Assembly: GCA_977017645.1 (NCBI GenBank)
Contig: OZ360220.1
Coordinates: forward strand, 153,822,001 to 153,886,000
From: Torpedo marmorata
Taxonomy: Eukaryota
Reading direction: 5' to 3'
DNA length: 64,000 nucleotides
Position 1 is the first letter of the stretch; each line of letters opens with the position of its first letter. Shown here piece after piece: positions 39,520-51,759 of the stretch. The notes beneath the pieces are model-generated. The model searched no databases. It had not been told where the DNA came from and saw only the letters and a program-made list of their open reading frames with translations. Made by a program: the position numbers and the translations under genes.

Positions 39520-39752
39520 AAACGCAAGTTTGAATCCCAGCAGGACAACTGGGGAATTTGTTTTCAAATAATGAAATATATCTGGAATTAAAGCTTTTTA
39601 CAATAATCGAAACCATGAGACTACGGAGTCATTGTAAAAGGCCATCTGGTTCACCAGCTTCTTTCAAAGAGTGGTCCACACCACTCAAATCAGGGGCAAT
39701 TAGAGATAGACAATAAGGCTGACAATTCCAGTGATCACCTCCTGTGAATGAG
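39520..39752 (+). mobile_element. Ancient tRNA-derived SINE remnant
   Basis: B box-like gtttgaatccc; body ccatctggttcac...gggcaattag...caataa...gtgaatga resembles SINEs I recall from shark genomes. Confidence 0.45.
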
Positions 39753-41189
39753 GTAACCCCTCTACCAACATTGATTAACAACTCTGTGGAGCACCACAAT
39801 GTCACTCATTGCACAAACTTTTTTTTTCATTTTTGCTCGCTCCAAAAGGTCCTGTTTGATTTCATAAGAACATAATCGGGAATATGCGGAAGGGTCTGTT
39901 TCCATGTTCAATGACTCGAGTTTAATTAGTGCTAGAAACTTAAAAGATTTTTTACCATTGTGTCATCACAGTCTTAAATTGAGTCTTTCCAAATCTTTAT
40001 TCCACTTTGTGGAGTGTGAGAACTGATGGCCTTGCCATTGTTATTCAATACATCATCCAGCCTTTTGACACTTGGAATCAGCAGCCAATTTATTTTGTAA
40101 CTATATTAATTGAACTTGGACAGCTCCATTAAATCAGGATACTTAAGTTGTAAAATTAAAGGAAAAAAATCATTTGTTATTTGGACCTCAGATTTTACAG
40201 TTGCCATGTGTACTGAAGAGCAATGAATATCGTGATAATTTAATAAATATACTGTATCTGATCAGGTGATGTGGACATTTCCTAGAACATCAAGATTTTT
40301 GTGTTGGTGGGAATTTTTTTGGAGAATTTTCAATTTTTGTCATCAACCTCACAACCTTGTTTTACATAATTACTTATTTATAATATCAGTAATATTTGTC
40401 ATTGCTGCACACCACCTACAATAAACCCACCAACCACAGCCTGAGAAGTACTGGTCTAGAGAATGAAAGCTGTACTATTGGCCTTGTGACACTAAATTTT
40501 GAAGTTCTGGTAGTTTTTGTAAGATGAATATAAAAATCCATGATGCCCTGTAATTTAATACTTCACTGCATTAAATTATATCATAAAAGGTTATTAGATT
40601 GATGGTGAGCATTGAATTTAACATGTATTAAAAATTTTGACTCTGCATCAAAAGACAAAATTAAAAAGATTTCATTTTCTAATGTGTGTTAACATAACCT
40701 CTCTGGAACTGCAGCTTTAGGAAAGGTCAATGTAGCAGATTATTAACATATTACATCAGTCTGAAGCAGTAAATCTGTATAAATCCACCACAAATGTTAA
40801 ACATTTTCCTCATTTTACATTAGCACCAAGCAGAATCTGACTTCTTTTTATTCCTCCTTCCTTCCTCACCCACCGCAGCACCCAACTGCCTCCCCTCGAG
40901 AAGAATTGAAAAGAATTGACAGAGGACCTAACTAACCAAATGATTGATTTTGCACTTTGTCCATTGTGATGGGATGGGGAATCAAATTATATTAAAACGG
41001 GTTCTGTTGCCTTTGTGGCGAGTTTTGCCTGAATGATGTTGAAATGACATGCGGAGGCTGTCGCCATCATGCAATTTCCTTCTGTTCTGCTGATGGGACA
41101 TTAATATCGCCATCTGTTTCTTTGTCAAGCTGCATCCGTAGTAAACCCCTGTTCATCTGTTTGACTCCTGTCCTTTGTTTGCCTTGCAG

Positions 41190-41287
41190 GCCATGCAATA
41201 TTCAAGCTCACATATCTAAGCAATCATGACCACAAGCATCTCTACTTTGAAGCAGACACCAACACAGTCAATGAAATTGTGCTGAAG
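41190..41287 (+). CDS. MAPKAP1: MAPKAP1/SIN1 penultimate coding exon
   Basis: Acceptor ccttgcag|GC and donor AAG|gttagt; 98 bp, phase 1-0. Encodes (S)[32 protein letters not shown]. Confidence 0.97.
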
Positions 41288-43424
41288 GTTAGTAACAGAG
41301 CAGGTATTTTGCTGAGGGAAAGCTGGTGACTGATGACAGTGTGGCAATAAATTCTGTACACTTCTGTTGTAATGTAGTTTGACTGTAATGAGTTCAAACA
41401 TGATTTGTAACTTGCTAGAGGTAAACCACATCATTGCTGCATTTCAACAGTAATAGTAATTCCACTTTATCTTAATAACTGTTTCAATTTGCATCTTATG
41501 GAAATAGCAGCATTTCACCAGTGAGAGTGAGTTATAGCAGTGCTTTCATGTGATCTTTGCATGTGTGATGCATTATTTTGAACTGCATGAACTGTCCCGT
41601 GACTGTGAATAGAGACCTTGTGTTGGAGAGTTAAGTATGTTTCCTTTGCTGTAGAACTCCATCCATGCTGGCATTTGCATTGAGCTGTTTTTACAAAATG
41701 CGTCAGCCTCACAGATTTATTACTTAACCAGCGCCATGAGTCTCTGTTGGCCAGGAATTTTGAGAATAGAAATTTTGTGTCTCGGACACGTGTGCAAAGA
41801 CATGGCATTTTCATGTTCAAATACTTGAAACAGGAAAAACTGATAGCACTCCTTTTATTAAACCATCTGCAGCAAGAATAAAATCCATAGCAACAGATTC
41901 ATGCAATGTGGCCATTCACTTTCAACTGTCTTCTTTGACATGATATTGGAATTAAATGAAGTTAGCTGAGTAAACCAAGCTAGGATAGTTAACTGCTGAG
42001 TATTTTTAAGTATTATCAAGTTGCAAGTTTGAATCTGATGTAACTTGATTGGAGAGTAATTTTGCAGTAAGGAAAATCCTGTTCAATAGAATGTTTCCTC
42101 GTGGTTATGACAGCAAAATTCAGCAAGCTACATGAATCTAGTTGACTGGAAGCAGACAAATTTAAGAGCAGCTTCATTTACCTGGTGGCCAATAATATAT
42201 TTTCCACACTGATTTTGGAAGAAATAATTAAATTTGTTTTACATATTGTTTTTATGAAAAATAATGTATTGCACATTCACTTCCGTCAAATACGTCAGTG
42301 TTACTGGCAGGAGAACATTGCTGTTAACCACAATTTCACTTGTTACAATTTTGATCTTTATTTACTTGTTCTTTACTATTTTGTATATCTTGGGTGAATA
42401 CAGAGTTCATACTAGATACTTGCTGGAGCTTGTAGATTCAGTAAAGCATTCTAATTACAAAGGGCTAATGATACAGTGCTTCAGTGATGCTTTAACTTGT
42501 TAAAATTGAAATCTGTTGTAGAAGCATTCGCATCAAAATAGATGCAAGTTCAAATTGCCTTCAAGTTCAATGGGCATTTCATTTTAATGATAAAAACCTA
42601 TAATTGAATAGAAAGAGAAAGAATCAAATAATGAACATTTCGTGCACCTAATTCTTCAGTAACATCGAACAATTTTGAGGCTGGTTTGGAGGAAAAGCTC
42701 GCACTGGTAATGTGTCAGTTTGATTAAATGCTTCTCTTGATAATTTTAAGATGTAAGCTCTTGACATTGATTTTTCCTTTCCCCAATGGCACACTATCTT
42801 TAAGATTCCCTGGAAATAAAAAAATCACTGTTTTACTGGGGCTGTAACATGTGCAGCTTGTGTACAATGAGAATCTGGTTTGAAACAATTCACATCTGAT
42901 CATAGCCTTGTTGTAGCTGCTGGGAGTTGGCAGAAGATTAACTTGATCAAGTATCGAAATGCAAAACCGCTTTGATAGCTAATATTAAGTGAGCTGTTGA
43001 GGTAAGAAATACAGAAAATGCTGCAAAAACTCAACAGAGCAGGCATTATCCGTGGAGAGTGAAACAGATTGCATTTCTCAGAAAGGGGAAGGAAGGAAAA
43101 CATGTTAATATCAATTTGCCGAGAAAGTAGTGGAGGACTGGAAAAAACACAAAGGAATACCTCTGATAGGGCAAGGTCAGGGTCGCTGTGGGGTTCCGGA
43201 GGCCATTTGATCAATGGGTTAATGGAGGCAGTAAGTGAGAGAAAATAATCAAAAGATATGAGGATCGTTGGAGAGTGGAAATATGAATAGAGTAACAAAA
43301 AATCCAAAGTGCAGGACAAACCCCAGCAGGTCAAGTGTACAAATGAAGAGAGGGGAAACTGGGCCAATATTACAGATGAATGACTTGCAGCAGGAATAAT
43401 CAGCACTGACAGACAGAGAAGTGA

Positions 43425-44436
43425 GTGAGGCAATGAGGAAGCGTACAGGAGGGAGATAGAGCAGCTCTTTGAGTGGTGTCACAACAACAACCTTGCACTC
43501 ATCATTAACAAAACCAAGGAGATAATTGTGGACTTCAGGAGGGAGTCAGGGGAACTCGACCCAGTCCTCATCGAGGGCTCAGTAGTGGAGAGGGTCAAGA
43601 ACTTCAAATTCCTGGGTGTCAACATCTCCGAGGATCTGTCCTGGAGCCTCCATGTTGATGCAATCACGAAGAAGGCCCGCCAGCAGCTATACTTTGTGAA
43701 GTGCTTGAGGAGATGCGGTACGTCACCGAAGACTCTCGTAAACTTCTACAGGTGTACCGTGGAGAGCATACTGGCTGGTTGCATCACTGGTATGGAGGCG
43801 CCAAATCTCAGGACAAGAAAAAACTCCAGAGGGTTGTTAACTCGGCCTGCGACATCATAGGCACCAAACTTCACTCCATCGAGGACATCTACATGAGGCG
43901 GTGTCTTAAAAAAGCAGCCTCTATCCTCAAAGACCCCCACCACCCAGGCCATGCCCTCTTCACTCTGCTACCATCAGGAAAAAGGTACAGGAGCCTAAAG
44001 ACGAGCACTCAGCGGCACAAGGACAGCTTCTTCCCCGCTGCCATAAGATTCATGAATAATCAATGAACCAAAGACACTGGCTTACTTTTCGTGCACTACT
44101 ATTTTTATTTTTTATATTATACCAATAGCCTGAATACGACTGGGATTGTCTGATCTCAGAAGCTAAGCAGGCACAGGACTGGTCAGTACTTGGAGGGGAG
44201 ACCGCCAAGGAACACCAGGTGCTGTAGGTTTCTGTGAGGGGCGCTGGACAAAATAGCGACCCTTTGTCTGCCTTACGGTAGACAAAAATTAAAGAATTTC
44301 ATGTATGTTACATTCTAAATGTAGTATTACGTGACAATAATGGAACCTTTACCTTTATAATCTGAATGTTTGCACTATGATTCTGCCGCAAAACACCGAA
44401 TTCCGTGACTTGTTCATGACAAAATTCTGATTCTGA
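43425..44436 (+). mobile_element. Rex1-like LINE 3' fragment (hosts a 5S SINE in its 3' UTR)
   Basis: ORFs 43528-43860 and 43701-44066; nearly identical to the 5841 copy; (TTCTGA)n tail. Confidence 0.92.
44122..44356 (+). mobile_element. 5S rRNA-derived SINE (SINE3-type)
   Basis: gtctgatctcagaagctaagcagg...gtcagtacttggaggggagaccgcc...caggtgctgtagg aligns with 5S rRNA (boxes A and C), followed by a non-5S body and a gacaataatggaacc(tttacc) tail. Confidence 0.9.
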
Positions 44437-44985
44437 AGAAGGCTCACCAGCGGCTATACTTTGTGAGGAGTTTGAGGAGATTCGGTATGTCACCGAAGAC
44501 TCTCAAACACTTCGATGGGTGTGCTGTGGAGATCATTCTGGCTGGTTGCATCACTATGGTATGGAGGTGCCAATGCTCAGGACAAGAAAACACTCCAAAG
44601 GGTTGTTAACTCGGCCTGTGATATCACAGGCCCCAGTCTTCACTCCATCGAAGACATCTACAAGAGGCAGTGTCTTAAGAAAACAGCCTCTATCCTCAAT
44701 GACCCCCACCACCCAGGCCATGCCCTCTTCACTCTGCTACCATCAGGAAAAAGGTACAGGAACCTGAAGACGAGCACTCAGCGGCACAAGGACAGCTTCT
44801 TCCCCTCTGCCATCAGATTTCTGAATAAATAATGAACCACAGACACTACCTTACTTTGTCTTTTTCTTTTTCTTGCACTATTTTTGTTTATTTTGTTATG
44901 TGTTTATATAAATGTTTGCACTGTGATGCTGCTGCAAAATAACGAATTTCAGAACATGGTCATGACAATAAATTCTGATTCTGAG
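44437..44985 (+). mobile_element. Second Rex1-like 3' fragment in tandem
   Basis: ORF 44515-44832; begins directly at the previous copy's TTCTGA tail. Confidence 0.9.
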
Positions 44986-45734
44986 CTAGAGATGTGGAAT
45001 TCAGTATTGAGACTGGAAGCTGCATTACCAAAGTCTACAAATGCAGATAGCATTCTTTCACTGTCTGTATCAGAATGGGCCACGTCATCCATCTGTGGCG
45101 TTGGCTCAGTGTTTGGACGAACAGCCTGATCTGCTGGACAAACCATGCTACCCAGTGTTTTGCAACTTTTACATTCCCTTAGCTGCACTTTCACTGTCTA
45201 AATGTCCTCATGTCAAAGCATTTATAAACAAAGAATGGTGTTCTCTCTCCCAAACTGCCTCCATTGACCCAGCAACCATGTGGCCATGTTTACAACTTAT
45301 CTCCTGGCCTCAGCCTATCAGAAATATTCATTTTATCCTGTTAGTTTCCCTCCCCCATCCTTCCTGCAATTTGTCTTCTCTCCTTCCCAGTCTGGCAAAG
45401 GGACATTGACCTGAAATATTAACCTTGTTTCTCTCTCCACAGATGCTGACCCACCTGTTGAGTTCAGTAGCAAACTTGTAAGCAAGAAGTATGTTGATGT
45501 GTTGACTTTGGCTTGGAATCTTCTTGCATTCTAAACCTGAATGGATATGACATTAATGCTGTCGTGTAAGATTGACCATGTACGGTGGAGCAGGCACAAA
45601 GGCCCAAATTACAAGCTCCTGTTTCTTCTGTTCTCAGAACAAATATATTTGTTTCCTGTTACAGTTGAATTCTCTCAATCTTGTGGTTTTATTTTGCAAT
45701 ATAATAAAGTGGCCCTTGTTTTTTATTTTTTTTA

Positions 45735-45925
45735 AATTTAGACACAGCACGGTAACAGGCCCTTTTGGCCCACGAACCCATGCCGCCCAATTGACCTACA
45801 ACCCTGGTACGTTTTGAACGGTGGGAGGAAACCTACGCAGACACGAACAAACTCCTTTCAGACAGCGCCAGATTCTAACCCCAGTCGCTGGCGCTGTAAC
45901 AGTGTTGCGCTAACTGCTACGCTTA
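45735..45925 (-). mobile_element. V-SINE
   Basis: Same family as 31965-32195. Confidence 0.8.
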
Positions 45926-46169
45926 GTGTTCTGGGTAATTGTGTAACTGGCTTCAATTGGTTAATTGAAGTCAAATATTTTAATATAAGAAATCAAATCA
46001 GAGAGCCCAGCTAAAAGCACAATGCACATTTAGCACAGCATCTCAGGAATGTCGTGCTTACGGAGTGTGGATTTTGGGTAAGAGACTTCAGAGAGGCTAG
46101 GTGATTGTAATCAATTTGGATAAATTGATTACGTGATTTAAGTCATGGAAGGACAGATGTGTTGCAGCT

Positions 46170-46950
46170 GGAGCATGTGGAAACTGGTATCCATGGCAAC
46201 CACATCTGGGTTAAGTGTCTGTGGCTTGAGGAATGTAGGCTCAGAACTAGAGTACGTATAAAGAGAGAGGAATGCTGTTGCATACATTGTTCTAGAAGGG
46301 AGTGACACCTCTCCGATTTAAGTACTGTAATGTCAGTGAAGATGAACAGGATGGTATGTGGGCAGAGCAGATTTGGCGATCCAGAGCAGTGTTGCAGGCA
46401 CATCAATCCTTGCACTTGTCTAACGGGTACAAGATCCTTGCTCTCTGTGTGGGTGAGAGAAGGATGGATGAGAAAACTGCCACAACTCCATTGTCCAAGT
46501 GGGCTGTTTAAAATAGTGGGAATCAATAAGAATCTGGAGGCAAAAAAGGATGGACCACATTCTCTGCAGCCATGAGCAGGAGACCCAGGATTAACAATGT
46601 TTCCTTGTGTTGGAGACTAACTTGATGGCAAGGGAAAGATCTGATTGTTGCTGTCCACGTGGGATCAATGACAATGATAGTTCTGCTAAAGGAATACGAT
46701 CAGTTTGGGTTCAAATTAAACAGAAACCACAAAAGCAGTCTCTTGGAATACTACCTCAGTTGTGTGCAAATTGACACAGAATTGAATGAGTGGCTCAGAG
46801 ATCGTTATGGGAGAGAAATACGTTTGTTTTATGGTGGACTATCACCTGTATTGGAATAGAGGGAGCTATTCCACGTGTTGGGCATCACAAATCAGGCTAG
46901 TGAATCTAATAACTAGGGCAGCAGATAAGGCTGTAAACTATTGGGTGGTT
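46170..46950 (+). mobile_element. Highly decayed CR1 ORF1 (zinc finger plus SGNH esterase) remnant
   Basis: cacatctgggttaagtgtctg (HI[C]xKC-like) and gttgctgtccacgtgggatcaatgac (VxVHVGxND-like, frameshifted). Confidence 0.45.
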
Positions 46951-48523
46951 GGGATTGAAAAATGGGATAAGGCAGTAGAGAGAATCGTAACTCAAAGTTG
47001 TCAAATTAATTTTGGTTGAGCCAAAAATGCAGCTCAGAGCAGCGAATATGGGTAGGAGATGTCTCTTCACCCCCTACAGTGGTGATATTGCAGGGCTGTT
47101 CACCCCCTACAGTGGTGATATTGCACGGCATGGAGGAAATCAGCAAGGGTAGTACAATAACTTTAACCTACTTGTAGACTGGGTAAGCTGAAATAACAGT
47201 CTCAACCTGAAATGTACAACCATCCTTTGCCCTCATCTTAATTAAGAGTGCATCATTTTAATGTTTTTCCCCTTACTCTAGAGCCTATCACAATGCTATT
47301 GCTTCACAAGTTTGTTATATGCTTCACAAGTTGCTCCTGTTTCCTCTCATGGCCTGCACCTTGCCGAAGCTCAGCACTTCCCAAGACCATCCTGGTGAGA
47401 TCAGTGACCTTGATCTTTTGGATGTTTTTCGATTTCCTTTTTCGGATGCCTGTACCGTGCTTTTGTCCTGATCCATCATGCTGAATGGTGTTCTAATTGC
47501 TTACTTCCCATCAATATCTTACAAAAACAGGCAGAATAAAAACTCCAAGATAACCTTTTTTTCTCCTCTCATGAAAGAAGGCCCTGGTGTCTACAAATGC
47601 CATCTACTAATGCTCAGTTGTTTTAATCCATGATTAATAACGTTGGCTTGTGTCCTCCATGTGGAGTCAGTTGTAATGAGCTGTTTGTTTATTGGAGTAG
47701 CCTGAATCATCGTGAGGCAGAATTCTGATCTCTCCTATACACCGAGGACTTGAAATTTAGTTATAGTAAATAAATAAAGTGGTTAACTGAATGGGCTACC
47801 TTGTAATATTTGCTGACATGTTGGCAACAATAATCAGTTAAAGAAGCCAACATCAAGACTGTTTAATTCAAGAATTACATGAGGAAGTGGTTGAGTGTGC
47901 TGGATGCAGTGAAGGCTGGCTTTAGCTTGGCTGCACTGATAAAGATTTGAACCTCTCCATTGGAAGATACTGATGTATACCTGTCAGTGGAAAATTTTCC
48001 AGTTCTCTCCTGTCTCCAAGAGGCAGGCAAATCCATTCCAGTTCCCAACAATTTGGTGTGTTGGCAAAGAGGTGCACAGCATGGGATACTGCAATATTTG
48101 TAAACTGTCCTCCAGGGACACTTTAAACCAACATCCTATCTTCAGGCAGCCTGTTGAAATGCTGGAGTCACACTGAGAGAAGCCTTCCTTCCAGATCTCA
48201 GCTCAGTACATTACCTCACCAAAGAACTCTGACATGATACTATTTTCAAAAGGTTTATGTTTTTGGCTTTATTACACTTGTTTAAGGCTTGAAATTGTAC
48301 GGCAAACAAGCCAATTGAAAAATGGCAGCACGCATTTTTTGGACCATTTTTCCAATTGTTGAATTTCTAAGTGCTAAACAGCACAACTGCTGTACGTCCC
48401 ACTCAGATTAAACTAACTTAATTTCAGATTTTTAAAAAGAGGAAATGTGATTGGCATTGATACATTCAGAAATATTATTCACGAATGCCAAAGAAAACTT
48501 TGTCATATGCCTTGCACTAAGCT

Positions 48524-48962
48524 TCAGAATCAGAATTTATTGTCATGAACATGTCACGAAATTCGTTGTTTTGCTGCAGTATCATAGTGCAAACATTTAT
48601 ATAAACCATCTTACAAAATAAATAAAAATTGTGCAAGAAAATGGAAAAGTCAATGGCACTGTCTGTGGTTCATTATTCATTCAGGAATCTTCTGGCAGAG
48701 GGGAAGAAGCTGTCCTTGTGCCGCTGAGTGTTCCTCTTTTGGCTCCTGTACCTTTTTCCTGATGGTAGCAGAGTGAAGAGGGCATGGCCTGGGTGGTGGG
48801 GGTCCTTGAGGATTGAGGCTGCTTTCTTAAGACACCGCCTCTTGTAGATATCCTTGATGGAGTGAAGACTGGTGCCCATGAAGTCGCAGGCCGAATTAAC
48901 AACCCTCGAGTTTTTTTTTTCTTGTCCTGAGCATTGGCACCTCCGTACCAGACTGTGATGCA
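48524..48962 (-). mobile_element. Rex1-like LINE 3' fragment
   Basis: ORF 48673-49011 (LLPSGKRYRS...DSFFPSA); tail tcagaatcagaatttattgtc. Confidence 0.9.
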
Positions 48963-50389
48963 AAGTGTGCCTCACTCGGAGTTCACGTGGAGGAAGTATT
49001 TTCTCATGCACTTGACACTATTGCAGCCATCCTCTGCACGAGTGCATTAAAGATAACAGGACCCAAGAGAGAAAGTGTTATTACTTGTGATCGAACTTTC
49101 CATAATTCCTTAAGTTGCTGAACAATCAAAGCTTCAAGTACCAATTTAATAAAGTGAAGTGACTGGCATTGAGGAACTGCGAAAAGTTTTTACCAACAGT
49201 AAATATTGCGGGTAAAGTAAGTTTCACTTGTGCTTTTCTGCCGCAGTAATTCAGTAGCAATTTGATACCGTACCTGTATCATGCTTCTTAAAATGTTACC
49301 TTCTCTCTTTGCAGGTTTACCAGGCAAGCTATCATTACGCAATGGATCATCCTCAACATGGTGCAGAATGCTCGTTGGAGGAGCACCTGTACTGTTGGTG
49401 GTGGTGGGGGGGTGCGTCATTTTCAATAGTCGGAACTTGGACAATGCAGATCATTGCCCAGCAATCTGGTTAACTAACTGATCTGAATCTGAAATCTCCT
49501 GTGCCAACCATTTTGGCTCCTTCATATAACAATGTGTAAACTTCTGCCAATTCATGATGAACTAAACATTGCCAGTGACATTATTCGAGATTGCATGGGT
49601 TCTGGTACAAAGGGTATTTAAACCCCACATCTGTCCTGTTAGTTTCTTTGGGAGCTGCAGATTCTGCAGTTTGTCCTGAAGGAAACCCAGTACCAGGACA
49701 GATCAAGGGTTGTCTGGTTCAGATGCCACACTCTGATTGCAGTGGATAACCCGGCTGCTCTTCATTGCAGCCTTGCCCTTCCCAAGATGTCAGGAAAGAC
49801 TGAAAGCCACCCGTGTGAATGACACACTGTTCATTTGCAGAAGCTCTATGTGGATGCCAGAGAGACTCGACATGACATTAATTAGCTGACCATGAAGTGC
49901 ATGGTGAACAGTGATCATGTACTCCAGCACTTGTTTATTTTTAAGAACATTTTCCAAACATTTCTGCTTCAAAGGGGTTTTGCCTTTCTTTGCACTGAGT
50001 TGGAAATGTTGAGTTTGGAGTGGAGCAAACTGTACTTCAGTTCTGTTTGTCCAGTGGAACTTTTCCTCTTCAGGTTTTGCCATGCGTGGAAGTCCTGCAT
50101 ATTGTGTAAAAAGTTATCGCTGTATGAGCTTTCTTTGACGTTGTGTCCGGACTCTGTCCTGTGTTTGAATTGGCACCTTTCCCAAAAAGCCACATTTCGA
50201 TATTTGATTAGAAGAAACCATGACAAATGCAGCTGTCATTGCAATTTATTCCATCCTCCCTCTGAATGTCCAAACAGGACTTATAAATGGCATTTGTTTG
50301 AGGGTTTCCACCACATCTCTGCAGGTGTGATTCATTCCGTAGTGCAAATCAAAGACATCAGATTTCTACAGGTCAGGTAAAAGATTCCA

Positions 50390-51240
50390 AATCAATTTTA
50401 AGTTTATTGTCAGTGTACCAAAATGCAGTGATAGAGGTTGATTTGCGAGCACACCTGTAGATAACTCTTGCTGAGGACAGCAAGTGTGAAACAGAGTTAC
50501 AAAGAGAGATCAGCTGGTACAGAGCAAATACAACATGATTTGACTATTTTGGGTTCATTCAGGAGTCTGATAACAGCAGGAAAGAAAGTGTGCTTGAATA
50601 TGGTGGTGTATGATCTCATATTTGTGTCTTTTTCCTGACAGGTTGAAGAGAGTGTGGCCGGGGTGGCATGTTTGTTGCTTTTCCGAGCTAGCAGGAAGGT
50701 GTAGATGTAGGGTAGGGTGTGTGTGCGATGACCTGAGCCATGTTCACCACCCTCTGCACACTTGAGCAGAGCAGTTACTGTACCATGCAGTGAAGCACCC
50801 TGACTGGATGCTTTCAATAGTGCATTTGTAGAAGCTGGTAAGGGATGCAAGTGACATGCCAAATTTACTCGTGCTTCTGAGGAAGTGGAGGCACTGGTGT
50901 GCTATCTTGGTCATTGCATCAATGTGGCGAAACCAGGACAGGTCACGGAAATGTTTACTGCTAGAATTTGAAGCTGACTACTATTTCCACCTCAGCACCA
51001 TTGAATGAGTGCTGCCCCTCTTCCAGAAGTCTATAATCATCTCCTTGGTCTTGCTGACAATAGGGGAGAGGTTGTCCTTTCACCAAGCCAAGTCTCTCTA
51101 TCTTTCTTCTGTACTTTGTCAGGTCATTGTTGGAGAACCTGCCTACGACAGTAGTGTCATCTGCGAATTTATAGATGGAGTTGGAGCGGTTTTTGGCAAT
51201 GCAGTCATGAGTCTACAGTGAATATCGTGGGGGGCTGAGC
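50390..51240 (-). mobile_element. Older Rex1-like LINE RT/3' fragment
   Basis: FFPAVIRLLN in ORF 50497-50862; KFADDT and KTKEM motifs on the minus strand near 51050-51170. Confidence 0.7.
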
Positions 51241-51759
51241 ATATTCCACATCAATGATCACCCTTGGCACATACACTTTATGGCCTCTTCACTTTGGGAG
51301 CAGGAAGTGTACGTTATGATTGAAAAGACACTTTCACCATGAGATGATCCTGTAGACTGTTGGGTGAACTTTGTTTCCTACTGAGTATTCTTCCCCAACC
51401 TCCTGCGATCATGCCCCATGCTCTCTGGCACACTTTTCTATTCCTGCTCTTCTGTACTCGGGACATCGGCTTGGGACAAAGTGAGTGGCTGTGTAATCAG
51501 GCAACTCGTGAGTTTTCATCTTTCTCTGGCTGCATCCAGAACTCAGGAACAATTTGCATCTGTGGCGTATGTAGCCTTGTGGGCACTTGTGTCACGTAGG
51601 AAACTAGGCTGTTTCCAGTTGAGCCCAGAAGGCAGATGATGGTGGGGATAACAAATGGTACAATTATTGATTGAATTGGAAACTTTGCATGAGAGCCAGT
51701 GAGTGAGGGAATATTTTGTACTGAAGATGACCTAAGAGGTTGTTTGTAACCATATCACC

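Noticed and set aside
44122-44232. 5S rRNA gene
   Set aside because: It is diverged and 5'-incomplete, continues into a SINE body and tail, and has further copies at 34354-34674; it is a SINE head.
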